From the NCBI GenBank assembly GCA_963814275.1, contig CAWFCE010000001.1:323307-387306 (forward strand): a stretch of 64,000 bases of DNA, in the 5' to 3' direction. The notes beneath the pieces are model-generated. The model ran no database searches. It was not told the origin of the DNA and saw only the letters and a list, made by a program, of their open reading frames with translations. Position 1 is the first letter of the stretch, and each line of letters opens with the position of its first letter. Positions 55,565-64,000 of the stretch are shown in pieces. A program made the translations under genes and the position numbers. Source of the stretch: Candidatus Parcubacteria bacterium (GTDB lineage: Bacteria; Patescibacteriota; Patescibacteriia; Patescibacteriales; UBA12075).

Positions 55565-55644
55565 TAGAAATTCGAAATTGGAACTGGAAATTTGTTAAAT
55601 TTTATTAAATATTAACAAATTTCCAGTTTTAAATTCCCGGTTTC
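55565..55644. repeat. GAAATT-word palindrome, probably a terminator
   Basis: Perfect 15-bp stem ctggaaatttgttaa (55583-55597) / ttaacaaatttccag (55612-55626) followed by TTTT. Confidence 0.8.
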
Positions 55645-56039
55645 ATAATTTGAAAGAAAAATTATTCTGGCACGTATTATTAATTATAAGGGCCCGTTAA
55701 TTATAATTAATAATTAATTAATTAAAATTCATGAACTATAGTTTAGCGATAGCGGTAAATGCCGCTTTTGCTAATTAGCTCCGAATACTGAATTCGGTGG
55801 GATATTCCGAGAATGGCGCGGCAGTAATGCCGGCCGCATCGATTGCCTGGCAACAAGAGGCATGGGGCGCGGGCACATCGAAAATGTGAATTACCGCCAC
55901 AGTGTTATGAGAGCTTTAAAAATCAAAATCAGTTATTTCCTCCAAATAAAAATCGTCCGCTTCCTGAATAGGTATGCGGGCGGTTTTTGTAATATGGCCT
56001 GGCAGAGTGCTGCCAGACCATTAATCATGTATTCGGTTT

Positions 56040-56222
56040 TTATTGTTTTATGCCTCGCCGGTCCCTCCCCTTGCGTCTTTCCGGAGATACGGCAGTGTAT
56101 TGGAAAGTCCTGCGTTCACACGCTCTGCGGGAGGGGATTTCGCCCTCCGCATACATTCGGTCGATTAACTCACGGGCTTCCGGGTCTTGACCATTTTTAG
56201 TTTCGGATTTTTTTTGGTTCAT
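56040..56222 (-). CDS. small basic hypothetical protein (60 aa)
   Basis: AAGGAGGG RBS 5 nt upstream of the ATG on the minus strand; Arg-rich ERR...DRR tail. Confidence 0.5.
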   Translation of the reverse strand: MNQKKSETKNGQDPEARELIDRMYAEGEIPSRRACERRTFQYTAVSPERRKGRDRRGIKQ

Positions 56223-56432
56223 CGAGCCCTCCTTATGGTTAAATGAATTTCCCCCTTTAATTTGTCGAATTATTTTATCTATACAATATTTTTAAATATT
56301 AGTCAAGTCGAAAGATGATTTTTTATGGTTAATAAGAATTATATATTTAAAATTAGTTTTTTACTCACAGTTATTCGGATAATTCCAAGTTATATTGAAA
56401 AAATAAACTAAAACCGCTACAATATAAATAAC

Positions 56433-57161
56433 ATGACTATAATTGACAAAAAGGGGCTAAAGTTGTCGTGCCTGCTGATTTTTGTTTTAAGTATCGCCGG
56501 TCTATCCAGCGGCTGTTTAAAACAGAAAACCGCCGGTACCGGTTCGGACGATTGGGAGAAACAAGTGCTTTTTGCGCAGGATTGCGGTATGGACGGGCTG
56601 CCTTGCTGTACGAAAGGCGACCAGCCATGTTTCTACAATCAGCAATGCTGCGCCTCCCCGGTAGATTCGAAAATAAATATGTGCCGGGAAGATTGCTCTT
56701 GCGGTACAGAGGGCGCTTTTTGCTGCGGTGAAGACCAGACGTGCGGCGATGGACTGGCTTGCCTGGGAGGTACTTGCGCCACTTGCGGCGGGGACAACGA
56801 ACCCTGTTGCGACAAAGAGCAGGCTTGCCAGAATGATTTGGTTTGCCATCAGAATATTTGCGTAACCTGCGGATTGCCGGGTAATCCCTGCTGCACGATC
56901 GGCGAATCCTGCATGAACCAGGAAAAGCGCGATAATACCCGTACAGAATGCCGCAAAGGGGTATGTATTTTTTGCGGTTCGAGCGGTCAGGTATCCTGCG
57001 AGTATCCGCCGTTTTGCGAGAATGGACATCTGCTAAACAATGATTTTTGCTATCGTTGCGGCGGATTGAACCAGCCTTGCTGCGACGACCAGTCCGGCGT
57101 ATCGGACCAATGCAACCCCGGCAAGGGGCTGGAATGCGATCGCGGCTTCTGCACCCAATAA
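56433..57161 (+). CDS. Cys-rich modular lipoprotein (six CG..G.PCC...C...C...C modules)
   Basis: Lipobox LSSGC; six consecutive modules of about 28-38 aa, each starting with CG. Confidence 0.65.
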   Translation: MTIIDKKGLKLSCLLIFVLSIAGLSSGCLKQKTAGTGSDDWEKQVLFAQDCGMDGLPCCTKGDQPCFYNQQCCASPVDSKINMCREDCSCGTEGAFCCGEDQTCGDGLACLGGTCATCGGDNEPCCDKEQACQNDLVCHQNICVTCGLPGNPCCTIGESCMNQEKRDNTRTECRKGVCIFCGSSGQVSCEYPPFCENGHLLNNDFCYRCGGLNQPCCDDQSGVSDQCNPGKGLECDRGFCTQ

Positions 57162-57230
57162 TAATTATTTCAGGGGATAACGGCATGCCCCAATAAGGCG
57201 CACCGCTATTCCGGTATATAACCAATAAAT

Positions 57231-57458
57231 ATGATAAATCTTTTCAAGGAGTTTCACAAAAAGATGAATGGCCTGGTCTGGTCGTTCGTATCCACCGGTG
57301 TAATCCTGCTTTTGTTGTCCGTTTTGATCGTTTGGACAGATTTTATGCTGCGATTGGTATTCGGCCTGATCGTATTGGTGGTCGCCTATGGCTTTCTCTA
57401 TGCCGGATTCAAAATCTGGGCGCTGAAGAAAGACATAGAAGACCATTTTAAGTTGTGA
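57231..57458 (+). CDS. small 2-TM membrane protein
   Basis: Two hydrophobic spans; no RBS seen. Confidence 0.45.
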   Translation: MINLFKEFHKKMNGLVWSFVSTGVILLLLSVLIVWTDFMLRLVFGLIVLVVAYGFLYAGFKIWALKKDIEDHFKL

Positions 57459-57682
57459 AGAGAATTTGACCGTTATCGCATGGTTATTTTGGCGTTTATA
57501 GCGGCAACTATTAACTATCTATTGTCCGCTGATGTTACGCGGAACGCTACGCGGACAGGCCGCTGACAGCAATCGATAGCCGAGATAAATTGAAATATTT
57601 TAATATCCATCTTCAGCGTAATATCAGCGTAGTAATCCGCGAAAGATCAGCGGATAAAAACTAATTCGATAACAATATCTGT

Positions 57683-58147
57683 ATGTATGGAAAAATATTT
57701 ATTCTGGCAATAATACTATTAGCCATATCCGGGTGCGCAAAAACGCAAATCGTTATGGATCAGCCGGCCAATGACGGGCAATACCATTACAGAAACCAGG
57801 AGCTCGGTTTCAGCGTGGTATTTCCGGCCGAGTTTATCTATTACCAGACTCAGCGGGTGAACAAAAGCGGTTATATCGATATGGAATATTATGTTCCCAC
57901 CAATGACGTCGATTATCCGCAGGACGTACCGAGCTACGCTAAGCCAGTTGTAATACGGGTGTTTGATCGTCCGGACTGGACCGATTACTCGGCTACGTTA
58001 TCCGATATGGATGAGTTCCAAAAACTGGGGGAAAAGGGGAGCCGTGCTTACTTTATCAAATTCTGGAATGAAGTGCCGGCTGACTGGAGTGATCGTTGGA
58101 ATGATACTCTCAAACAGGAGATAGCGGATTCATTTAAAATATTATAA
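57683..58147 (+). CDS. lipoprotein, hypothetical
   Basis: Lipobox AISGC. Confidence 0.55.
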   Translation: MYGKIFILAIILLAISGCAKTQIVMDQPANDGQYHYRNQELGFSVVFPAEFIYYQTQRVNKSGYIDMEYYVPTNDVDYPQDVPSYAKPVVIRVFDRPDWTDYSATLSDMDEFQKLGEKGSRAYFIKFWNEVPADWSDRWNDTLKQEIADSFKIL

Positions 58148-58313
58148 TCAATATTAAGCATTAATTAATTGGATATATACAATTGCAAAAATTTTCAATT
58201 ATCAATAATCCAAACAATATTGAAAATTGATAATTAATAATACGTATATTATCCACGTAAAGGATCGCTCGCAAATGCGCAAAATTCGATAATATTTAAA
58301 TAATCAATATATT

Positions 58314-59975
58314 ATGGTCAATCCGATGCTATTGCGTAAAACTGATATGTCCGGTTATACACCGACCCAGAACGCCAAACGGCTGTTTCAGGCGATTTAC
58401 TACGAGCAAAATCCGCCACAGGAGCCGCCCCACGATGTGCCTAAATTGCGCGTATCCGAGATCGTATCCAAAATGGCATTCTATTACGAAAAAATCCGCA
58501 ATACCGTCGAATACAAGGAAGAGCATCTTTTGCGCAAGAATTCGATAGAGCGGATCCTCTGGCGCCAGATTGTGATCGAGGGCGCAATCTCCCGGACACA
58601 CGGCGCCGATATTTCCCGGCACCTGCTGGTCGAACTGATCCGCGCCGGATACCTCCCGAACGATAAGATTCCTGAAGCCAAGGTGGATGAATTCGGCCAG
58701 GTGATAGATAAATACCTGCTCCTCCGGAAATACGGCTTGGAGCGTTTCCGGGGGCTGCAGATCAAGGAAAAGAACGAACTGACCCGCTGGATAATCGCCC
58801 TGCTGGCAAGCGACCTCGAAGAGCGTCTCGGCCGCAGCCAGGTCGACCTGGTTATAATCGATTATATGTACCAGGTGCTCTTAAACAATATCGAATTGCC
58901 GGAAAGCAGTCCCTATGCCCACGACAAGGAGATCCAAATTTTTATCGGTATCTATCGCTCGTATTTGAAATTCGACCGCGACATGCTTGGTTTTATACTC
59001 TTTAAATTCTACAACGCCGATTGGCAGAAAGCTGGCGATGATATGGTCGAAGAAGTGGGTAAGCAGATCATCCCCCTAAAGGAGGCGATCGATAAACAGT
59101 TAGACCATCCTCTGTCCGGCCAGCTGAACCGTATCATTAGCCGTTATACCGTATTTTATGCCATACTAAAAGACGTTATTGAGGAAAATCCGGTAAAAGT
59201 ATATGACAGTTTCAGGCAGGACCCCAAAGCCTTTTCCCGCATGATCAAGCAGGCCGCGGAAAAACGTTATCGTGAAGCGAAGTCGAAGCTCTGGCGGTCA
59301 GCAATCCGCAGTATCATATATATTTTCATTACCAAATCGATTTTTGCGTTCATACTGGAGGTGCCGGCCACCCGCTGGTTCGGCGAAGACCTGAATAGTT
59401 TTTCCCTCCTGGTAAATGTCACTTTTCCGGCCATTCTTTTGTTTTTTATCGTACTGTTCACCCGGATGCCCTCCAGTGCCAATTCAGAGAAGATCGTCGA
59501 GGGGATCCAGCAGGTCGTTTTTGAGGAATTCGAGCGCCAGGATCCTTTCCGCTTGCGTACGCCGGTCAAGCGCAGCGCTTTGATGAATACGATGTTCGGG
59601 CTGGTCTACATGATCACGTTTTTCCTTTCTTTCGGCGGCGTAGTCTGGTTCCTTAACCGGATAAATTTCAGCTTCGTGTCGATCGTGATTTTCTTGTTTT
59701 TTCTGGCTTTGGTCAGCTTTTTTTCGATCAGGATCCGCCGCAGCACCCGCGACCTCTTGATTATGCCGCCCAAGGAAAGCGCCCTGGGCTTCCTGGTGGA
59801 TTTCTTCTATGTCCCGGTAATCCAGGCCGGCAAATGGCTGAGCGAGAATTTTTCCAAGATCAACGTATTTGTATTTGTCCTTGATTTTATCATCGAAGCG
59901 CCGTTCAAGATCTTTATCGCCATTACGGAAGAATGGACGAAGTACGTGAGGGAGAGGAAGGATGAGATCGGGTGA
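58314..59975 (+). CDS. large membrane protein, hypothetical (553 aa)
   Basis: Soluble N-terminal half and a C-terminal half with at least 5 TM spans. Confidence 0.55.
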   Translation: MVNPMLLRKTDMSGYTPTQNAKRLFQAIYYEQNPPQEPPHDVPKLRVSEIVSKMAFYYEKIRNTVEYKEEHLLRKNSIERILWRQIVIEGAISRTHGADISRHLLVELIRAGYLPNDKIPEAKVDEFGQVIDKYLLLRKYGLERFRGLQIKEKNELTRWIIALLASDLEERLGRSQVDLVIIDYMYQVLLNNIELPESSPYAHDKEIQIFIGIYRSYLKFDRDMLGFILFKFYNADWQKAGDDMVEEVGKQIIPLKEAIDKQLDHPLSGQLNRIISRYTVFYAILKDVIEENPVKVYDSFRQDPKAFSRMIKQAAEKRYREAKSKLWRSAIRSIIYIFITKSIFAFILEVPATRWFGEDLNSFSLLVNVTFPAILLFFIVLFTRMPSSANSEKIVEGIQQVVFEEFERQDPFRLRTPVKRSALMNTMFGLVYMITFFLSFGGVVWFLNRINFSFVSIVIFLFFLALVSFFSIRIRRSTRDLLIMPPKESALGFLVDFFYVPVIQAGKWLSENFSKINVFVFVLDFIIEAPFKIFIAITEEWTKYVRERKDEIG

Positions 59976-59980
59976 TGACA

Positions 59981-60018
59981 GCACGTAGCACGTAGCACGT
60001 AGCACGTAGCACGTAGCA
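59981..60018. repeat. tandem heptamer (GCACGTA)x5
   Basis: Starts 6 nt after the stop codon; complementary tgctacgtgctgc at 60104-60116; related gtagcatgtagcatg..gtagcacatagca at 15141-15178. Confidence 0.85.
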
Positions 60019-60188
60019 TCTCTCCTTAATTGTTTTTTTAAAAAAATAGACGAGGTAAAATAACAGACATCTTGTCACGTTATTATTTGTTCTATTTGCT
60101 TCATGCTACGTGCTGCATGATTCGTGAAGAGTGATATGTAGTATTTAAATAAGACAATGTTTTATTATTGCCAAGTTATAAATTATTT

Positions 60189-60604
60189 ATGTCCACGTTA
60201 TATATAGTTGCCACGCCAATCGGGAATCTGGAAGATATTTCCATGAGAGCGCTTCGCCCCGTCATCCGACAGGGCTTCGCTTCGAAATTTTTATGACCAC
60301 ACTTTATATAGTCGCCACGCCTATCGGGAATCTGGAAGATATTTCCATGAGAGCGCTTCGCCCCGTCATCCGACAGGGCTTCGCTTCGAAATTTTTATGA
60401 CCACACTTTATATAGTCGCCACGCCTATCGGGAATCTGGAAGATATTTCCATGAGAGCGCTTCGCCCCGTCATCCGACAGGGCTTCGCTTCGAAATTTTT
60501 ATGACCACACTTTATATAGTCGCCACGCCTATCGGGAATCTGGAAGATATTTCCATGAGAGCGCTTCGCCCCGTCATCCGACAGGGCTTCGCTTCGAAAT
60601 TTTT
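60189..60604 (+). repeat. four tandem 104-bp units duplicating the rsmI start region
   Basis: ATGs at 60189, 60293, 60397 and 60501, with the genuine start at 60605; units 2-4 are identical; unit 1 differs at 6 nt. Confidence 0.9.
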
Positions 60605-61393
60605 ATGACCACACTTTATATAGTCGCCACGCCTATTGGGAATCTGGAAGATATTTCCATGAGAGCGCTTCGCATTCTGGGGGAGGTTGATTTTGTGTTG
60701 TGTGAAGACACCAGGGTGACGCAGAAGCTGCTGTCCCATTACAATATCAAAACGCCGACAATGTCATTTCATCAGCATTCCGACGATATCAAGATCGATC
60801 GTATCTTGAAGCTGTTCGCCGAGGGGAAGAATCTGGCCCTGGTAACGGACGCGGGTACTCCCGGCATCTCCGATCCCGGCGGCAAATTGGTGCAGGCTGT
60901 AATTGAGGAGTCCAATTCGGGGAAATTACAGGAAAAACCGGTCCATGTCGAATCGGTTCCTGGACCATCCGCGGTTACCGCCGCCTTGTCCATTTCCGGG
61001 ATTCCGACCGACAAGTTCATGTTTATGGGCTTCCCCCCGCACAAAAAGGGCCGGATGTCTTTTATTGAGCGCATTGCCTCAAGCGTTTATCCGGTCGTTA
61101 TTTATGAGTCCAAGCATCGTATAATCAAATTTCTCGATGAATTGGCGGCTCTGAACCGCCAGATACTGAAACGCAATAAAGAGATCGACAACGAACTCGA
61201 GCAAGGCGCCTCGGCAGAGCGGAAAGAGCTGTCGGCTTTCAAACGCGCGCCGGTTACTTCGGTCGTGGTATGCCGTGAATTGAGCAAGCTGCACGAAACC
61301 GTTTATCGCGGCGATCTGGATTACATAATCAAACAGATCAAAGAAAATAAAGACGACCAGCGCGGGGAATTTACGGTGATAATCGGGAAATAG
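60605..61393 (+). CDS. rsmI: 16S rRNA (cytidine1402-2'-O)-methyltransferase
   Basis: LYIVATPIGNLEDIS.RAL..L..VD.V.CEDTR, DAGTP.ISDPG, GPSA and RELSKLHE motifs. Confidence 0.9.
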   Translation: MTTLYIVATPIGNLEDISMRALRILGEVDFVLCEDTRVTQKLLSHYNIKTPTMSFHQHSDDIKIDRILKLFAEGKNLALVTDAGTPGISDPGGKLVQAVIEESNSGKLQEKPVHVESVPGPSAVTAALSISGIPTDKFMFMGFPPHKKGRMSFIERIASSVYPVVIYESKHRIIKFLDELAALNRQILKRNKEIDNELEQGASAERKELSAFKRAPVTSVVVCRELSKLHETVYRGDLDYIIKQIKENKDDQRGEFTVIIGK

Positions 61394-61483
61394 GATGCAA
61401 CAATTAACTATTTACACTTAACAGTTAACATAAGTAAAAAATTTGCGAGTACAAGATGAAGAAAATATAGCGAATAAGTCATT

Positions 61484-63043
61484 ATGAAGAAGTTTTATAT
61501 TACAACTACGCTACCGTATGTGAATGCGGATCCGCATATCGGATTCGCCGCGGAGATCGTGCGGGCGGACACGATTGCCCGCTATCGGCGGATGGCCGGT
61601 GATGACGTGTTTTTCAATACCGGTACGGATGAACACGGGCTTAAGATATACAGGAAGGCCGCGGAGCAGGGTATGGACCCGCAAACCTATGTCGATGATT
61701 ATGCGGCAAGATTCGATAGACTCAAAAAAGCGCTGAATCTAAGCTATAACAGTTTTACCCGCACCAGTGATAAGCAACACATGGAAGCGGCCCGGGAGTT
61801 CTGGCGCCGTTGTGACAATAATGGCGATATTTACAAGAAAAAGTATCAAGTCAGGTATTGTGTCGGCTGTGAATCGGAAAAATCCGACTCCGATTTGGTC
61901 CATGGCAAATGTCCGGACCATCCCAATTTGGAACTGGAAATTATCGATGAAGAAAATTATTTTTTCCGTTTTTCCAAATACCAGGATAAATTGACCGCCC
62001 TGTATGACGAAAATCCGGATTTCGTGCATCCGAAAACGAAACAGAACGAAATTCGCAATTTTGTATCGCAGGGGTTGAATGACTTCAGCATATCGCGGCT
62101 TAAGGAAAAAATGCCCTGGGGAGTAGAGGTGCCGGGCGATCCGGAGCATGTGATGTATGTCTGGTTCGACGCTCTGGTCAACTATATCTCCTGCCTGGGT
62201 TGGCCCGGGAAAAGCGATTTTGGCGGCTATTGGCCGGGGATGCAGGTGGCAGGCAAGGACAATCTCCGCTTCCAAACGGCAATGTGGCAGGCGATGTTGA
62301 TGTCCGCCAGCCTGCCTAATTCCGCCCTGATCCTTATTTTCGGCTTTATTACATCGGGCGGCCAGAAAATGTCCAAGTCCCTGGGCAACGTAGTTAATCC
62401 GTTCGACTTGGTGGAAAAATACGGCACTGACGCAGTCCGCTATTATCTTCTTGGTGATCTCAATATGTATGAGGACTCCGATTATACCCAGGAAAAATTT
62501 GAAGCCCGCTACACCGCCGACCTTGCTAATGGTTTGGGTAATCTTGTGGCGCGGTCGATCGCTTTGGCCGGGAAAATGGCACAGGCGGGAATTAAAATAC
62601 CCGACTGCGTAGCGCGCCCGGCGGATGATGAAGCTCTGGAAAAATGGGGAGGGAAAGAATTCATCGGACCGGTCGCAACGGCCTGGCGGGATTATCGCTC
62701 GGCTATGGATAACTTCGCGCTTGACCGGGCGATTGCCGTAGTGATGGCGGAAGAGCGCTACCTGGATAATTACATAACAGAGAATGAACCCTGGAAAATG
62801 ATCAAGGCAAATGACGGTTCAGTCGCGGTGGTGATGTATAATGTCTTGGAGCGCTTGCGCCATGTCGCGTTAATGTTGTTGCCGTTTTTACCCGTGACAG
62901 CTGAAGAAATTTTGCGCCGCTTAGGCCTTGACCCGGCGGTCGAGACAAAGAAGGACCTGACGGAGAATGCCGCCTTCGAACTTTTACCGCACAATACCAA
63001 AATTCTGGCCGGTAATCCGCTCTTTCCCCGTTTGCAAAATTAG
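61484..63043 (+). CDS. metG: methionine--tRNA ligase
   Basis: TTTLPYVNADPHIGF (HIGH region), Cys knuckles CVGC..C, KMSKS loop QKMSKSLGN. Confidence 0.9.
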   Translation: MKKFYITTTLPYVNADPHIGFAAEIVRADTIARYRRMAGDDVFFNTGTDEHGLKIYRKAAEQGMDPQTYVDDYAARFDRLKKALNLSYNSFTRTSDKQHMEAAREFWRRCDNNGDIYKKKYQVRYCVGCESEKSDSDLVHGKCPDHPNLELEIIDEENYFFRFSKYQDKLTALYDENPDFVHPKTKQNEIRNFVSQGLNDFSISRLKEKMPWGVEVPGDPEHVMYVWFDALVNYISCLGWPGKSDFGGYWPGMQVAGKDNLRFQTAMWQAMLMSASLPNSALILIFGFITSGGQKMSKSLGNVVNPFDLVEKYGTDAVRYYLLGDLNMYEDSDYTQEKFEARYTADLANGLGNLVARSIALAGKMAQAGIKIPDCVARPADDEALEKWGGKEFIGPVATAWRDYRSAMDNFALDRAIAVVMAEERYLDNYITENEPWKMIKANDGSVAVVMYNVLERLRHVALMLLPFLPVTAEEILRRLGLDPAVETKKDLTENAAFELLPHNTKILAGNPLFPRLQN

Positions 63044-63094
63044 GATTTGAGATTTGTATAGAAATTAGGAATTATAATTTAGAAATTTTCTAAA

Positions 63095-63613
63095 ATGCTG
63101 CCGATCATTGATGTCATCTTAATAATCCTCCTGGCCGGTTTCGTTTTTTACGGTTTGTTTTTCGGCCTGATCCGCACTTTCGGCGCTTTTATGGGCGTGA
63201 TCGTGGGCGCCATTCTGGCCAGCCGCCTCTATCTGCCGGTGGCGGCATTTATCGAACCGCTTTTTTACGGCTACAATAACCTGGGCAAAGTTTTGACCTT
63301 TCTCGTTCTGTTCTCCCTGATCAACCGTCTGGTCGGCTTCGGGTTTTATCTCCTGGAAAAAATATTCAACATAATCTCCATTATCCCTTTTTTGAAGACG
63401 ATCAACCGTTTGGCCGGTGCTGTTCTTGGTTTCCTGACCGGCGGATTGGCGATCGGGCTTTCTCTGTATGTCATTTCCCGCTATACCATCCTGGAGTCGT
63501 TATTGGGGCACTGGCTTGATGCCAGCCGACTGGCACCGATGTTTCTCAAATTTAACGATTTGCTCCTGCCCCTTTTACCGGAAGTAATGAAGAAACTACA
63601 ATCTTTACTGTAA
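63095..63613 (+). CDS. cvpA: CvpA family membrane protein
   Basis: N-terminal IDVILIILLAGFVFYG...G and a 4-TM layout typical of CvpA. Confidence 0.75.
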   Translation: MLPIIDVILIILLAGFVFYGLFFGLIRTFGAFMGVIVGAILASRLYLPVAAFIEPLFYGYNNLGKVLTFLVLFSLINRLVGFGFYLLEKIFNIISIIPFLKTINRLAGAVLGFLTGGLAIGLSLYVISRYTILESLLGHWLDASRLAPMFLKFNDLLLPLLPEVMKKLQSLL

Positions 63614-63891
63614 TATTCTTTTTAACCCTTGCCAATTAAGAATTTTCTTATTACAATAATAAAGAAGGGTAAATGTTGCATAAATATATCGCATATACGA
63701 GACGATATTGATAATTGCCATTTTTAGGGAAATTTACGCCAGAGAGAACGGACAATCGGTATTATGCATTAAATATCAATCAATTCCCTATAATCGTACG
63801 ATGTTATTTCAAAGATAATCTTATTAGCTAATTTCGTTCGATCCGGGAATTCCGATTTTATGTCAGATTTTCCGGAGACGATTATAAAAGT

Positions 63892-64000
63892 ATGGGATTA
63901 ATGGATTCACTCAAAAAGCTATTTGGCGGCGGACAGCCGGCGGATACTTCCGTGCAGGAGCCGGCCGCTCCCGCAGAGCAGCCTAGCCAAGAAACTCCCA
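63892..64000 (+). CDS. hypothetical protein, 5' fragment running off the window
   Basis: ATG at 63892 (or 63901) opens a frame (MGLMDSLKKLFGGGQPAD...) with no stop before the window end. Confidence 0.35.
   Translation, partial: MGLMDSLKKLFGGGQPADTSVQEPAAPAEQPSQETP

Noticed and set aside
55862-56200. 112-aa + strand ORF
   Set aside because: It has no RBS and overlaps the minus-strand 60-aa gene, which does have a strong AAGGAGGG RBS. The sequence is low-complexity and Cys/Arg-rich in a way typical of out-of-frame translation.
60189-60604. Regular 104-bp periodicity that might suggest a CRISPR array
   Set aside because: There are no unique spacers. The whole unit is repeated, the units are copies of the rsmI 5' end, and no cas genes are nearby.

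Overview
64-kb window, about 70 protein genes, nearly all on the + strand, with GC-moderate coding regions and very AT-rich spacers. I found no rRNA, tRNA or CRISPR array. By inference only, the content fits a small-genome Patescibacteria/CPR-like bacterium: many secreted or membrane hypotheticals, recurrent GEAWY(V/I)NP...LG(I/V)xNxD surface-protein repeats, and patchy biosynthesis. Recognisable blocks are: two VOC proteins; a pyrD-pyrC-pyrF-pyrE cluster followed by a divergent PurD-like ATP-grasp gene; an accessory stretch (CYTH, AbrB-like, tandem Nudix, Pol-beta nucleotidyltransferase, Nudix, DUF3795, PIG-L deacetylase, PLD); cell-envelope genes (M23 peptidase, YibE/F, Gmad2-domain protein); a cupredoxin next to a NOX/FRE-type flavocytochrome; two paralogous sigma factor plus membrane-partner modules, one leading an LTxxQ protein, HlyD adaptor, ABC ATPase and FtsX permease cluster; a PAS-GAF-PAS histidine kinase with a stand-alone receiver; and rsmI-metG-cvpA. 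Observations most worth a second look: (1) a 104-bp unit repeated 4.6 times that reiterates the rsmI start codon and first 22 codons as a ladder of overlapping mini-ORFs; (2) two promoter-to-terminator units (36806-37074 +, 18848-19133 -) that look like structured sRNAs of unknown family; (3) a conserved promoter plus hairpin/U-tract leader found only upstream of the pyr cluster and the PurD-like gene; (4) several +/-1 frame disruptions (pyrF, pyrC 3' end, ABC ATPase 5' end, an aldose-epimerase-like gene), two of them at short homopolymers (the pyrF T run, the ABC ATPase A run); (5) a nested-inverted-repeat MITE-like insert splitting the ABC ATPase and permease genes; (6) spacer-specific 'word' palindromes throughout the intergenic DNA. 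No classical defence, CRISPR or phage system is visible. All functional calls come from motif recognition by eye, with no database search.
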